Source: Octopus sinensis
Lineage: Eukaryota
Length of the DNA stretch: 64,000 bases
Direction: 5' to 3'
NCBI RefSeq assembly: GCF_006345805.1
Contig: NW_021833300.1
Location: 1-64,000 of the forward strand
Shown here: in pieces, positions 13,312-27,281 of the stretch
Position numbering within the stretch: the first letter of the stretch is position 1
How the letters are laid out: each line of letters begins with the position of its first letter
Notes under the pieces: model-generated
Seen by the model: only the letters and a program-made list of their open reading frames with translations
Databases searched by the model: none
Told to the model about the DNA's origin: nothing
Made by a program: the position numbers and the translations under genes

Positions 13312-13482
13312 TTATGAGTAAGGAGATGATATATACTTCGCATTGAAAGTCAACACTTGTGGATCCCACGAAAACGGCTTTGCAAGGATTTTATCTTTCT
13401 GGAACCATGATGTAGAATTGGTCCCTGTTCCATTGAAAACGAATGCAAAATAATCCAAACTTGATTTCACCCGAAATTCCAC
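13312..13482 (-). CDS. Copy B exon 3 (terminal) of secreted PAN-domain gene
   Basis: Acceptor tttccatttgcag|GTG, phase 0; VEFRVKSSLDYFAFVFNGTGTNSTSWFQKDKILAKPFSWDPQVLTFNAKYISSPYS*. Confidence 0.85.
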   Translation of the reverse strand: MEFRVKSSLDYFAFVFNGTGTNSTSWFQKDKILAKPFSWDPQVLTFNAKYISSPYS

Positions 13483-15059
13483 CTGCAAATGGAAAGTAAA
13501 CTCAAACAAGTGACAAATCTCAGAGAATGAGGAATGGCAGAATTGTAGGAAGAGAAAGGAGACTAGGATATGATATATGGAGAGAGTAGGAGGGCGAGAA
13601 TGAGATGGACAGAATTGCGGGGAAAGTGTGACACTTTGAGTGCAGAAGAAAAAAGACTAAAGAAGACAATGAGTTGTGGGAAGAGGATAAGAGGAGGAGA
13701 GAGATAGAATGTGAGAATGACAGAGAGACAGACAGACAGAAGGAGGGAAAATGAGAAGACGAGATGCTATGTCGCGTTAGAAGTGCAAAATTAAGACAGA
13801 AATTGATTGGGTTTGAGAGGAAAACGTGGCTGACTTACGAGACAGAGAATCAGACTACTAACTAATGAGTCATGATTTCGGAGTCTTTCTAAAGGTTTTG
13901 TTGCATCTATAGGAACTAGAAAACCCTGACAAAATCAGGACAAAACAAAGACAAAAACAGCAAGAATCGATCCCACATCAAAGACATATCGATGTTCTGT
14001 GGAGGAATCAAGAGAGATATCAGGAACGGAAGTAAAGGAGTTGTGACGTCACCTCAAGAAAGGGGCTTTTGATCTGCCTCTTCCTTGGTCAAGACTCTTA
14101 GGTGGAGCGGATGCCAGAGGGACGGTAGCTTCTGACCAAATGCTGGGTTAGTGTAGGTGTGTAGGTGTGTCCAACAAGTTCTTTTGACCCTGGTAGAGTT
14201 TAGCTTTTCTGAAGTTCGTCTCGAATTAAAAGCATTTTTACTGTCCCATCTACATATTCGTGAGTTTCATCCTTCCACCTCTCCCTTTTAAAATGCAAGA
14301 AAAACGTTTTTCCTCGCTGACACAGAACCTTCTCATAATCTCTCCCCGTCTTTCTCCACCTCATGTCTACTCAACCCTATATTCTTACACTTATAACCAC
14401 TCACCATTCTTATTTCAATCTTAGCAGTAAAAATTCTTTGCTATTCTACTTCAAAATATTTATTCCTCATCGATCCAATTCAGGTGTTAATTCATCGCTT
14501 TCCAAACTCCTCCTTAAATCCCCTTTTCTTCTTAATTATAATGCTCATAATGCCTTTTAACCTCCGCGCTCTTCTTACACCAAAGCACCGATGACGGGAT
14601 TGAACCATTCCACATTCTGATCCATTTGTACCAGTCTCTTTCGTAACCTAGAAGTATTCCTCGTCAACACACTGATTCAATATCCAGACACTCTCGGTTA
14701 TGTTGCTGTCTATGAAATCCCGCGTCTCTACGATCTGATGACGTTTGTCATATTATGCTATCGTTCCTTGAAGGATGAAAGGCAAAGCCGACCTCGGCGC
14801 AAATTGAACTCGGAAAATAAAGATCCGGAATTAAATACCACGAGCATTGTGTTCTACGCTCTAATTATTCTGATTCTTTTATAATAATCATAATAATAAT
14901 AATAAAAATAATAATGAGAAGAAGAAGAAGAAGAAGAAGAAGAAGAAGAAGAAGAAGAAGAAGAAGAAAATTGGAAGAAGAAGAAGAAGAAGAAGAAGAA
15001 AGAAGAAGAAGAAGAAGAAGAAGAAGAAGAAGAAGAAGAAGAAAAAGAAGTGGAAGAAG

Positions 15060-16130
15060 AGGAGAGGATCTCTGTGGAACAGGATGACTGCCTGCAACAA
15101 GGTCGCGCCCCTGCTTGGATGACAAGCGAGCGAACGCTGTTAATGCGTCAAGGACCCCTTGAAAGGATCTTGCAAACATCAGGTAAGTAACAATCTATTA
15201 CCTAAAGAACAGAAAGGCTGCAGGAACCAAAGTAGGGCAACAAAAGATCACCTATTAGATGATAAAATGATAATTAGAAATCGCAGAGGTGGATGATTGG
15301 CAGGAGTGAATGTAGCATGGTTAGATTATAAAAAAGCGTATGACATGGTAGCACACAGTTAGATAAGTGAAACAAGGAGCAGGTTTGAAATAGCAACAAA
15401 AAAAAGCATGGAGAAAATGCTAAATGAAAGTATGGAACATTGGAATACTGAAATGATCGGAGAAAAACAAAAACCCGGAAAAGTGAACATCAGACGTGGA
15501 ATATTTCAAGGTGATAGCTTATCTCCGTAACTATTCGAATTGGCCATGAAAAGGGAAAATTGCTTACGATTTGGTTAAAGGAAATGGTCAGATAAATCAT
15601 CTCCTTTTCATGGACGATACAAAAGTTTATGCGATAAATGAGAAACAGTTTGAAAATCTTGTGAATATTATCCGCATTTTCTCAAATAACGTTGCTATGG
15701 AATTTGGGATAGAAAAGTGCGCTATATTGAAAATAAAAGGAGGAACATTTGAAAGAAGCGAGGGAATTGAAATGCCAAATGGGCAAAGAATGGGAGCAGT
15801 TGAGAAAGGACGGTGGTAAAAGTAGTTGGGAATACTGAAAGCAGACGAAATAAAAATGAATGAAACAAACGACCAATTGGGAGTACACAAGGAGAGTAAG
15901 AAAATCATTGCAGTCAAAGCTGAATTCCAAAACCCTTATTAAAGCAAAGATCAGTGTCATTAATCAGATACCCGACGAAAATGATGAAAATCTAAATAAA
16001 AGGCCGGACCTTAGTCCCCAAATCTCGCTAGTGAAACAGAAAAAAAAAGGAGAAATAAATACGAGAGGAATAGGTTTCTATGCGTCGTGTATATTTTATA
16101 GCAACACTCTTGCCACAAAATGAAAACGCT
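15060..16130 (+). pseudogene. Degenerate R4/Dong-like RT fragment in intron 2 of copy B (mirror at ~53810-54920, -)
   Basis: KKAYDMV, RRGIFQGDSLSP and INHLLFMDD..MEFGIEKCAIL motifs, with stops and frameshifts. Confidence 0.75.
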
Positions 16131-16362
16131 GCACAATATTCCATTGAAATTTAGAAGGAAAATTAGTCTGGATCTAGTTCTATCGTGAAACCCCGCCAAA
16201 GAAACTTGCTAACATAAAAAGATAGATTTTAAAAATGAAACAAACATCAGAAACTGAAATTAAACATTTAAAAGAAAACACTAGTAATTATTGTAAAACA
16301 ACAACAAATATGTAGATTGGTTATTAAATGAGAATCATCTTGAAATTCTAAAAATTCATTAC

Positions 16363-16454
16363 CTTTTCAATAGGCAAATTGTCCCAGTACAAATAAATAG
16401 GGCTTTTCTTAAGTGAGGTTTTGGTCATCTCAAATACTTTCTGCCGGTTTTTAC
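16363..16454 (-). CDS. Copy B exon 2
   Basis: tgattcag|GT...GAAAAG|gtaatg; 92 nt, phase 1 to phase 0; encodes (S)KNRQKVFEMTKTSLKKSPIYLYWDNLPIEK and joins exons 1 and 3 in frame. Confidence 0.85.
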
Positions 16455-16498
16455 CTGAATCATCAAAAACAAATTTAAGTATACAAAAAAGATGTTAA

Positions 16499-16900
16499 CC
16501 CTTGAACGGCGGGAAAGGGTTGCAGGAATGTCTGTGACAAACGGACAATAATCGAAAAAATCTCTTTTATATTTATTTTCATTAAATTAAGCACAAAAAC
16601 TAAAATAATTGTTGGTCTTAAACAAATGGAGAAGAATCGGTGCACCTTTTCCATCCAGAGCTAGTTGAAGCATTAGTCTCTTCCGTATTATCTAAAACAT
16701 CGTTTTCAACATCATCTGCTTCATTTGATGATGAAATAAAATCAGAAAAACACTTCTTCATCGCTGTTTAAATCATCTATTTACGACTGGATTTCTCCCA
16801 TTGATAAGGACCGCTTACGCTTAGGCGCATTTAATTTAGCAGTCGCTCCAGCCTCAACTGATGATGGTCATATCTGTGTAAACGTTTTGTGACACCAATA
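16499..16900 (-). mobile_element. Possible piggyBac-like remnant (mirror at ~53100-53507, +)
   Basis: TTAA|CCCTTGAACGGCGGG terminus and an acidic N-terminal-like frame (KRKRSLSMGE..DDLNSDEE..DDVENDVLDNTEE); only one end found. Confidence 0.4.
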
Positions 16901-16929
16901 GGATCTTACAGAAAAAGGAGGTGCATTCC

Positions 16930-17790
16930 AGAAATTTCCAGGATTTTTCAGGAAAGACATTTATTTATTTCAAAGAAAGCTCAGTGAGCCGGTCCGATTC
17001 CTCGTTCCACATCTTGCTCAGGATTGTGTTTGGTGGAAAGCACACTTCTAAGGCATGTAAAGTGATTAACTCATTCCAGTGGTGTGCCCGAAATTATGAT
17101 GTTAAAGTGCAGAAGGGCAGAATTCGGTATTGATTAGGCGAAGAACTGAGATTTCTTAGAATTTACAGTGAGCTCAAAACGTTGATACGCATTGGTGAAA
17201 AAATTGACAGCTTTTTGCTGTTCTAAGTTTGAGTGACTGCGTGACCACGTTGCCATCGACGAAGTGAAGTTCTGAGATTCGCTTGGAACTGGTAAGATTC
17301 TTTGACCGAAACCTCACCAGGGTGAAGAGTCTTTCATCAAAACGATATCTGATGTCCTTTCCCAGCTGATCCGAGGGAAGTTCATAGATCATTGCAGCAA
17401 GGTATAGGGAGAAAAGCATAGTAGCGGGTACGCAAACTTGTTTCAATCCAGATGTAATTGGGAATTCTTCTGAGGGTCCATCACGAGGAAGGAAACGCCC
17501 AGTCATACCATTGTATGATCAGGGAGAAGAAATAATCAAGGGCCGTCCATATGGCTGGTCTTGGTACTCTATCAAAACATTTTGCAGATCATAAAAGATA
17601 AGGAAAATTCGGTTTTGTTGTTCTCGATACTTGCTTTCGAATTGTCTGGCGCAGATCGTGTCTATGGTTCCAAGTAATATTCGGAAAACACACTGGGACT
17701 CTGGAAGGATTCTTTCTGCGATGACGTGGAGACCATTCAAGGGTATTGAAGATCTATCCTAAAATAATAAGTAGCGAGATTACACGATGG
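16930..17790 (-). pseudogene. Degenerate RTE-clade RT fragment in intron 1 (mirror at ~52170-53050, +)
   Basis: ERILPESQC.FR...TID.I..RQ.Q.K.REQ..IFYDLQ.AFDRVPR and GLKQ.CV.A.MLFSLY motifs. Confidence 0.75.
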
Positions 17791-17899
17791 TTTCCATAAG
17801 ATTTTCTATCTCCTTTCTTGAATATACTTATTATTAGAGCACTAAGTGCGTGAGGTCGGCAATGTCTCGTGTATGAGTCTACGTATGAGTATAGCTTCC

Positions 17900-18140
17900 T
17901 TAATTCTTAAATTACCCACATTTCTTTCACTGACTCAATTGTGACTGTTATGCTTTTGTCGGTGTTCCGGCATCTTTTCTGAAGGAGGAGGCTATCGTGT
18001 TAAGATGTTCTTTGATGCGGATGTGTAACGGTTTTGTTGTGCTACCCACATAGAACTTGTTGCATTTGTTACATCGTATTCTATTCACAGCATTTACCCG
18101 TTGGCATAAATCTATGTCACGGATGGGACAGTTTGTTAGC
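17900..18140 (-). mobile_element. Penelope-like GIY-YIG fragment in intron 1 (mirror at ~51840-52060, +)
   Basis: CPIRDIDLCQRVN..RIRCNKCNKFYVGSTTKPLHIRIKEHL. Confidence 0.7.
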
Positions 18141-18428
18141 TTGCATTGATTGTTGTCCCTTGTTCGTTTCTTTGCGAGCATATATACATAAAACATACAA
18201 ATCTGCGCATAGATAAATTCATACATAACATACATACAAACTTACAAACAAAAATACCCTGTTGTTGATGTTGCAATTCCAGTGAAGGAGCCTGGATTTA
18301 GGTTAGAAACCGGTTCGTTCTCTATTGGCAGGAAATCCTGAAATAAACTGAATAATAATAATATACATACATACATACATACATACATACATACATACAT
18401 ACATACATACATACATCAATGTCTGTGT

Positions 18429-18469
<41 letters not shown>

Positions 18470-18551
18470 AGTGTGTGTGTACGTGCGTTTGTAGAACAAT
18501 TGGGAATACAGAAATTAGAAAAAATATGCCAGAAAATTGTGATTTACATAC

Positions 18552-18882
18552 TGTTTCCGGAGAGTAAAATATACGATAAACACGTGCAATCCTGATCTTT
18601 AATTTCTTTGTTGTAAAGCGATCGATGCATATAACACGGGCCATTACAATAGCTAAAATATTGGCACTCATCGCGGGAAATACACAGACTCGCACATTCC
18701 AAACGAGATGACGCGGTTTTTGTACTTTTATTCTGATCTGTTAAGCATCTTGATGTTGTGGTTTCTTCGAAGAGACCCTCTCTATTCGTTGGTTCTCCGG
18801 AAGTTACAAGAGTCACGAAAAGCAAAAGTGTCAAAGCTGGCAGCAGAAGAGGCGTCGAATGGTACTGAATTGTTGTCTCCAT
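18552..18882 (-). CDS. Copy B exon 1: signal peptide + PAN/Apple-like domain
   Basis: Hydrophobic N-terminus LLLPALTLLLFVTLVTSG; C-x3-C-x5-C-x2-F-x-Y-C-x3-C pattern (ECASLCISRDECQYFSYCNGPC); donor AACA|gtatgt; acceptor tatttttcag two bases before the ATG. Confidence 0.85.
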
Positions 18883-18910
18883 TCCTGAAAAATATACAAG
18901 TATACATACT

Positions 18911-18944
<34 letters not shown>

Positions 18945-20490
18945 CGATAAACCTCTGGAGAAATTCGTTAGACCCAGGTTATATACCGAAACAGTTTCTA
19001 TCCCAGTCGGTCATCCCGGTTTTCAAACAGGGAAACAGATCCCTCGCAGTCAACTATCGCCCAATCTCACTCACCTCCCACATCATTAAAGTGTTTGAAA
19101 GAGTGTTAAGATCAAGGATAGCTGACTTCCTGGAGACCCACAAACTCCTAAATGCAAATCAGCATGGCTTTCGCTGCGGCAGGGACTGTCTAACACATCT
19201 CTTACACCACATTGCAGATGTACTCAAAGCCTTGGGAACAGGTTCGAACTCTGACGTCATATATCTTGACTTCAGTAAAGCGTTCGACAGGGTAGACCAT
19301 AATATCCTACTCTCAAAATTGGCAAATGTTGGAATCCGGGAAAAAGTTCTACACTGGATTAAGTATTTCCTGGCGAATAGAACACAACATGTTGTAGTTG
19401 ATGGAGTCCACTCAAGCCCAGCAAAAGTCACCAGCGGTGTTCCCCAGGGGACTGTTTTGGGGCCGCTACTCTTCATAATTTACATAAACGACCTTTCCAG
19501 TTTCGTAAATTACTGCAAAGTGAAAATATTCGCTGATGACACTAAGCTCCAGCAAATCGTCAATGAAGAAGCAGACCGAACTCAACTCCAGTCTGATCTA
19601 TATGCTGTGAGTCAATGGGCAGACAGAAACAAAATGCAACTGAATGAGGGAAAATTTGAGCTGATGCATTTTGGAAGAAATTCCTCAGTAAAACAACCAT
19701 ACTCTCTTCCTTCATGGGAACCGCTCACAGCCTCTAACAACATCAGAGACCTAGGTGTAATTGTTGATGACGATCTGAGTTGGAGTGCACACATCAACAA
19801 GAAGGTCGATATAGCTCGTATGATGAGTTCCTGGATCTTAAGAGCTTTCCGGTCCAGAGAACAAGGTGTCATCACCACTTTTTCCCTCACTCGTACAGCC
19901 ACACCTTGAATACTGCTGCCCACTGTGGTCTCCCCATACAAGACAAAACATCTCAAGGATTTAATCACCCAGAGGGCACTCACTAAATGAATTGAAGGCA
20001 TGGCTGCTCGCGATTATTGGGATCGCCTTAAAGCCTTGAAACTCTACTCTCTCCAGCGTCGCCGCGAGCGGTACATCATTTGTACGATGTGGAGAATATA
20101 CCGCCAACTTTGCCCAAATGACCTGAACATTAGCTTCAAGGTTCATCCAAGACTGGGACCACGGGCCATACGACCCCTGCCCAGTTCAAGATCACAACAT
20201 ACATGTATACTGCAACATAATTTCTTTTCCTCAACAGGCCCTGCCCTATTTAACATTGTCCCGAAGGGGATCAAAGAGGAAAAGGGCCCCATCAACTTTA
20301 AACGGAGTCAGGATAGATTCCTTCAAAGAATACCAGATAAGCCCGCCATAATTGGATACAACTCACCCAACAAGAACTCACTACTTTTGACAAAACTTGC
20401 CTTAAACAGGATTCGCATAATCCTATCAGGTGGTGCTATTAAGTTAGACATGGCCTGGACCAATCTTTGGTCGAAACATATCTAAGTTAT
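18945..20490 (+). mobile_element. 5'-truncated CR1/L2-group LINE (left arm only)
   Basis: ORF 19091-19909 with RT motifs QHGFR, YLDFSKAFDRVDH, GVPQGTVLGP, FADD; C-terminal SLQRRRERY; tail gaccaatctttggtcgaaacatatctaag. Confidence 0.85.
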
Positions 20491-20507
20491 CTAAGTAAGA
20501 TATCTAA

Positions 20508-20544
<37 letters not shown>

Positions 20545-20939
20545 TATATATGTATATATACATATATAATATATATACATATATACATATATACATACAC
20601 ACATATATATATACACACATCTATATACGTAAATATATATGTACACATTTATATATATATATATACATTTATTTATATATACAGCTATATACGTATATAT
20701 ATACACATTTATATACATATATATACATTTATACATATATACATATTTATACATATATATACACACATATATAACATACATTTATATACATATATATACA
20801 TTTATATACATATATGTACATATATATATAGTTATATTCATATATACATATATACAGTTATATATATATATACATATATATATTCATTTATATACATACA
20901 TATATATATTCATTTATATACATGTGCGTTTGTGTGTAT

Positions 20940-21615
20940 AGACATGATGATACATGAAGATGGCTGTCCACTCGTGACCGAGGATGACCATTGCTGACCA
21001 TCACGAACATTGGGCACTCTTGGACTAACTTATATTTTGCATTTGCAGCTCCGTTGGTGGCTAATGAGTCCTGCTCATGACATTCATACACGACTGCAAA
21101 CATTGCAAACCAAGCTTTCCCCATTCACCACACCAGCCATGCGTTTTCGAGCAGCTCGCTTAAATTATTCATGCTGAATACATGGTCTCTCAAAGGTGCC
21201 GACCCCTTCCTTAACCTACTTCCTCCAGCTGTGGCAATGACAGGCATTGCTCTCCCAGTCTTTCTCCTGCATATCACAAGCCTTTAATGAGGACTTGACA
21301 CAGTCATTAAATCACAGCCTTTTTCCGCTCACAAGTTCCCCGTATAGCATCTGTTTAGGGATCCTGCTATCCTTCATTCTAATAAGGGGTCCAGTCCAAC
21401 GTAACCAGTGCTTGTGCATCGTAGCCTCAATCCTCAGGATATCAGCTTTCCTCAAGACCTGTGTGTCTGCAGTTTTTAAGGTCCAGCCAACATTCAGAAT
21501 ATATCTCAGACATCTCTGATGAAATTGTTCAAGAACCCTTACATGATGTTTGTAAAGGTTCCATGTCTCACATGAGTAAAGAAGCGAAGTTAGTATATAT
21601 GCACGGTATAGGGAC
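20940..21615 (-). mobile_element. 3' fragment of RTE/BovB-like LINE (only ~70 bp of tail kept in right arm, ~49620-49690)
   Basis: LLYSCETWNLY..LEQFHQRCLRYIL..LRWTGPLIRM..RIPKQMLYGEL..GKR. Confidence 0.8.
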
Positions 21616-21678
21616 GTGCATGTACATACATACATACATATATACATACATACATACATACATACATACACACACACA

Positions 21679-21710
<32 letters not shown>

Positions 21711-21898
21711 CATACATACATATATACATACACACATACATACATACGTACATACATACATACATACAGTCATACATATATACATACATACATTCATACA
21801 TACATACATACATTCATACATTCATACATACATTCATACATACATTCATATATACATACGTACATTCATACATATACACATACATACATACATACAGC

Positions 21899-21930
<32 letters not shown>

Positions 21931-22607
21931 CATGCATCCATGCATAAATACATACATACATACATACATACATACATACATACATACATACATACACACA
22001 TACATACATACATACATACATACATACATACATACACACATACATACATACACACATACATACATACACACAAACATACATACATACATACACACATACA
22101 TACATACATACATACATACATACATACATACATACATACATACATACATAGACACACACACACATTTTAAAATTATTGATCGCCCGTTCTGGCCTTTCTG
22201 AAGGGAAGCTACTCTCAAATATATATTTTCTTATATTGAGAGTTATCTCCCTGGAAACATACCTTCAACCACTTCATTATTGTATTTACTAAGTAGATTT
22301 TATTGCTCATTTCTTACTTATTTCAGTCATTGAACAACGGCGACGCTGGAGCACCAGAGTGATGTGATTAGTCCAACAGACCGACTCTAGTATTTCTCTT
22401 TCTCGAGAAGACCACTAATTCCTCCCGAACTATTTGCCGAACTGCTATGTTACAGGAACTTAGACATAGCAAAAACAAATGTTGGCTCTCTCTCTCTTTA
22501 TATATATATATGGGTGTATGTGTGCGTGTTCTTATATATATCTCTATCTCTATCTCTATCTATCTATCTACACACACACACACACGCAGAGACACACACA
22601 CATACAC

Positions 22608-22679
<72 letters not shown>

Positions 22680-23122
22680 CCCCTCATAAGGTTTTTTTCC
22701 ATTTTGGGGAATTTTAAAATAATTTTGGCGAATTTATATTCTATACACGGGAATTAATCCGATGAAATAAAAACGAAAGAAAATATATTTTGGTGCACGA
22801 TTTAAGGCCTGATTAGCTGTTATTTTTATCAACTTTAACCACCACCTCATATGTCATGTTTCAAAGCGTTCAAGAATAACCATCTTGAATACGCTGAGAA
22901 ATACGAAAAAAGATTGAGTCAATGAATGAGGAAAGAATTGTAGACAGGGATGTGGATTTAAATCATTAAAGGAATGAAAAGGTCTTTCATAAGTTTAGAA
23001 GAAATTGTAAAAACAGAGAAAGTGAAAGTGAAAGCAAGAGAAACATCCGTTTGGAGATTTAAGGTGAAATGAACAGACTCAGTCGCTTGAGACCTTTCTG
23101 AGAGAAATCAGAAAAGTCTTTC

Positions 23123-23550
23123 TTTTACTCTTTTACTCCTTTACTTGTTACAGTCATTTGACTGCGGCCATGCTGGAGCACCGCCTATAGCCGAGGAAAT
23201 CGACCTCAGGACTAATTCTTTGCAAACCTAGTACTTATTCTATCGGTCTGTTTTGCTGAACCGCTAAGTTACGGGGAAATAAACACACCAGCATCGGTTG
23301 TCAAGCGATGTTGGGAGGACAAACACAGACACACAATACACACACACACACACACACACACACAACATATATATATATACATATATCCGAAGGGATTTTT
23401 GAGTTTCCTTCTACCAAATCCACTCACAAGGCTTTAGTCGGCCCGAGGCTGTAGCAGAAGACACCTGCCCAAGGTGTCACGCAGTGGGATTGAACCCGGA
23501 ACCATGAGGTTGGTAAGCAAGCTACTTACCACACAGCCACTCCAACGCCT
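23123..23550 (-). mobile_element. SINE family 1 copy shared by both arms (mirror 39643-40070)
   Basis: Same element at the homologous position in both arms, so it predates the duplication. Confidence 0.8.
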
Positions 23551-24789
23551 ATAATTGTTTAATAATTATTTTTATCAAATGAAATACCTAAAGTTATATT
23601 TGTTATTCAACGGCACCGTAATTATTGCCCTAGGAATCATTACCCTATTTATATTTCAATTCATTTATTTGAAATCTATACAAATTAAATCCTAAATTCC
23701 AGCGGGATTCGAAGTCAAAATGTAAAGTTTCATGGCTGAATACTAAAGATATTTTATCAGTCGATTCATGATTTCTACAAATCCATCCATGTCCTTTCCG
23801 TTCTCTGAGGAAATGAAAAATGATAACTGTGAACCGAATGTAACGAAAGCACAAGTCAGCTACAGTATTCTAGATTATAGAATTATAAAAACAATTTCAG
23901 TAATAATCTCTCTTTATTGATTCATATTATATGCCTCTTGTATGAATAAAATACTTACTCTATCAGGTCTAGTCAGAAAACCAGACCTGATAAGGAAAAA
24001 CTGGAGTAAGTTTTGAATTTAGCAGGCAAAAATCACTTGGAATTCATTGAAATATTCCAGGCACCAGACAAGAACAAAATTTGCCCAGTGTTATTTATTT
24101 TAATATTCAATAACTCGCTAATCATTGTTCTAAGATTTATTACCCTATTTTCATATCTATTTCTTTATTTTAAATCTGTCTATCTGCATTAAATCCTAAA
24201 GCACAGCAAAATTCGAAATTAGAACGTTAAGTTTACACTTGTCTTTAAAACAATCTCTCCCGACTTCTTCCACTCTTATAAAATCGATGGCCAACTTGAA
24301 CTTTCTTTCCCTCTTACTCCAGAAGTCGTCGCCAGGTAATTTCACTTTTCGTTAAATAAGTTCTTAACTTCCAGGTCTTATATTCGTTACTCATTCTCTC
24401 CAGAATGCTTTGCTCTTCAGATGGTAAGTAATTTATCAGTTTTACCCGTAGCTTTGTTAGGTTATCAACAGCAACTGTTTCTATCCATCGATCTTAGCAA
24501 ATAAACGCTTGAAAGAAGTCGGCTGCGTTTGGATGCATGGTGAGCGAAACGATTTTATTTTAACTTGGCAATATATCGATAGCTTTAAATTTTTAATTAT
24601 GCACTAGATAAATTATACTTAATGCCATCGAAAGTGGTGTGGTCAACGAGTACAAGAAAGGAGGTAAGATTTTTATGAAATAAAGCCTTGATTGGGATTG
24701 TAATTTGATTTTAAGTAAATAATAATAATGTTCCACGAGAAAGGCATGAATGTTACAAATTCCCCTTGTAATTAGGAAACTTCTTTACA

Positions 24790-25095
24790 ATTGTTGTTTG
24801 TTCCTATTCGAGCCATGCTTGGCTCATAAGGGCCGGTTTCCCAGTTTCTTTGGCGTATAGGTTCCCCACCTGCACGGGACGCCAATCCGATGCAGGTGAG
24901 CTGCAAGATGCAGGAGGAAAGAGTGAAAGTTGTAGCGAAAGAGTCATCAGAGATTCGCCATTATCCTCTACCAGAGTCGCGTAGAGCTTAGCTATTTCGC
25001 TCATAAACACATACATCGCCCGGCCTGAGATTTAAATCCGCGATTCCTCGACCGAGAGTCCGCTGCTCTAACAACTAGGCAATGTGCCCCCACAC
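24790..25095 (-). mobile_element. SINE family 3 copy
   Basis: Minus strand has a tRNA-like head (gtgggggcacattgcctagttgttagagcagcggactctcggtcgaggaatcgcggatttaaatctc); a tRNA-head SINE-like segment also occurs at ~36065-36185 (+). Confidence 0.5.
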
Positions 25096-25679
25096 TTCTT
25101 TCATCTTGCCTTGTGTGTTTGTATTTGACCAAGATTACATTTACTGTTAATATTAGATTTACTTTCGAACAATAAAGGAGCTAATGATATCTTGAGGTTG
25201 GTTCGATTCTTGTTGATCTACTTTAAACGTATTACTCTTAAGTAAGAACAGGAATAATTATTGCAGTATTAAAAATTTAAAACTATTTTCACATGACGAA
25301 TAAACAACAAAAAATTTGGGGTAGAATCAGCAGTTTCAGAAGAGTGTATGTCATTTTAACGGAAAACGCACAGCTTGGAATCTGGGCATGCTAGTGTTGT
25401 TGTTTTTGTTGTTGTTTAACCACAGGTTTGATTTAGTAACCTTTTATAGCTAAGAAATTACTGAGAGCGTGCAATAAGAACAACATTATCCAAACGTGTT
25501 TTTCTGAAAGGGAGAAGTATTTTACGATAAATATTTGGTTGTAATATTTAACATTTTGAGCAACTGCTCAGGGAGTAGGCTCTCTCCTTGTCATGAAACA
25601 CAGAAAAGTACGGTGAATAAAGTCTACGAAACCAAGGAGATGGCTACTTTTCAATAGAGTTAGGTGCCGAATAACATAC

Positions 25680-25736
<57 letters not shown>

Positions 25737-25989
25737 CATTATTATTATTAATATTATTATTATTATATTATTATTATCATTATTATTATTATTATTATAA
25801 TTATTATTATTATTATTATTATATTATTATTATTACTATTCTTATTATTATTATTATTATTAATATTATTATTATTATTGTTATTATTAATATTATTATC
25901 ATTATTATTATTATTAATATTATTATCATTATTATTAGTATTAATATTATTTTTATTATTATTACTATTATTATTATTATTAATTTTTC

Positions 25990-26020
<31 letters not shown>

Positions 26021-26140
26021 GTAATAATAACAATAATAATAACAATAATAACATAACAAAAATAATTTATATATGCACACTCACAAATATATATACATAT
26101 ATATATACATATATATATACATGTATATATGCATATATAT

Positions 26141-26215
<75 letters not shown>

Positions 26216-26304
26216 TTGTATATATATATACATATATACTTGTATATATACATATTTATATATACATATACATACATATATATATAAATTTAGAATTAGA
26301 TAAA

Positions 26305-27112
26305 CTTAGATATGTTTCGACCAATGATTGGTCCAGGCCATGTCTAACTTAATAGCACCACCTGATAGGATTATTTGAATCCTGTCTAAGTCAAGTTTTG
26401 CTTCTGGTTCATTCAATTAGTGAGTTTTCGTTGGGTGAGTTGTATCCAATTATGGGTGGATTATCTGGTATTCTTTAAAGGAATCTATCCAGACACCGTT
26501 TAAAGTTGATGGGATCCTGTTCCTCTTTGATCTCTTTCGGGACAATGTTAAATAGGGCAGGGCCTGTTGAGGAAAAGAAATTATGTTGTAGTGTATATGT
26601 ATGCTGTGATCTTGAATTGGGCAGGACACGTATGGCCCGTGGTCCCAGTCTTGGATGAACATTGATGCTTATGTTCAGGTTGTTTGGGGAAAGTTGGCGG
26701 TATATTCTCCACATCGTACAAATGATGTACCGCTCACGGCAACCCTGGAGAAAGTAGAGTTTTAAGGCTTTCAGGCGATCCCAATAATCGAGAGCAGCCA
26801 GCCTTCAATTCGTTTAATGAGTGCACTCTGGGGTGATTCAATCCTCGAAATGTTTTGTCTTGTCTAGGGAGACCACAGTGGGCAGCAGTATTCGAGGTGT
26901 GGCCGTACAAAAGAGGAGAAGAATGGTATGATGACACCTTGTTCTCTGGACCGGAAAGTTCTTAAGGTCCAGGAACTCATCCTACGAGCTATATCGACCT
27001 TCTTGTTGATGTGTGCACTCCAACTCAGATCGTCATCAACAATTACACCTAGGTCTCTGATGTTGTTAGAGGCTGTGAGCGGTTCCCCTGAAGGAAGAGA
27101 GTATGGCTGTTT
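26305..27112 (-). mobile_element. 3' fragment of the CR1/L2-group LINE seen at 18945-20490
   Basis: Reverse complement of ~19700-20490; ORF MWRIYRQLSPNNLNISINVHPRLGP. Confidence 0.8.
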
Positions 27113-27232
27113 CGGAAGAGGCCCTTTCGCTATGTGACACGCTGTGGGGCCGAACCCTGATCTATGTAATTACGAAGTAACACACAGACCCACCTACTCC
27201 TATATATATATATGTATATATACGCCTATATA

Positions 27233-27281
<49 letters not shown>

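Larger units (their letters stand above)
11710..24710. repeat. Left arm of inverted segmental duplication
   Basis: Collinear reverse-complement matches, e.g. 11876-12166/60249-60434, 12508/58065, 14363/56243, 15860/54125, 17174/52816, 18882/51148, 22450/49130, 23645/39590, 24500/38250. Confidence 0.9.

Noticed and set aside
20467-22218. Long [12 protein letters not shown] ORFs (also at 3064-3451, 25664-26303, 36422-37882, 60404-61673)
   Set aside because: Translations of (TA)n, (CATA)n and (TAT)n microsatellites; no coding signal.
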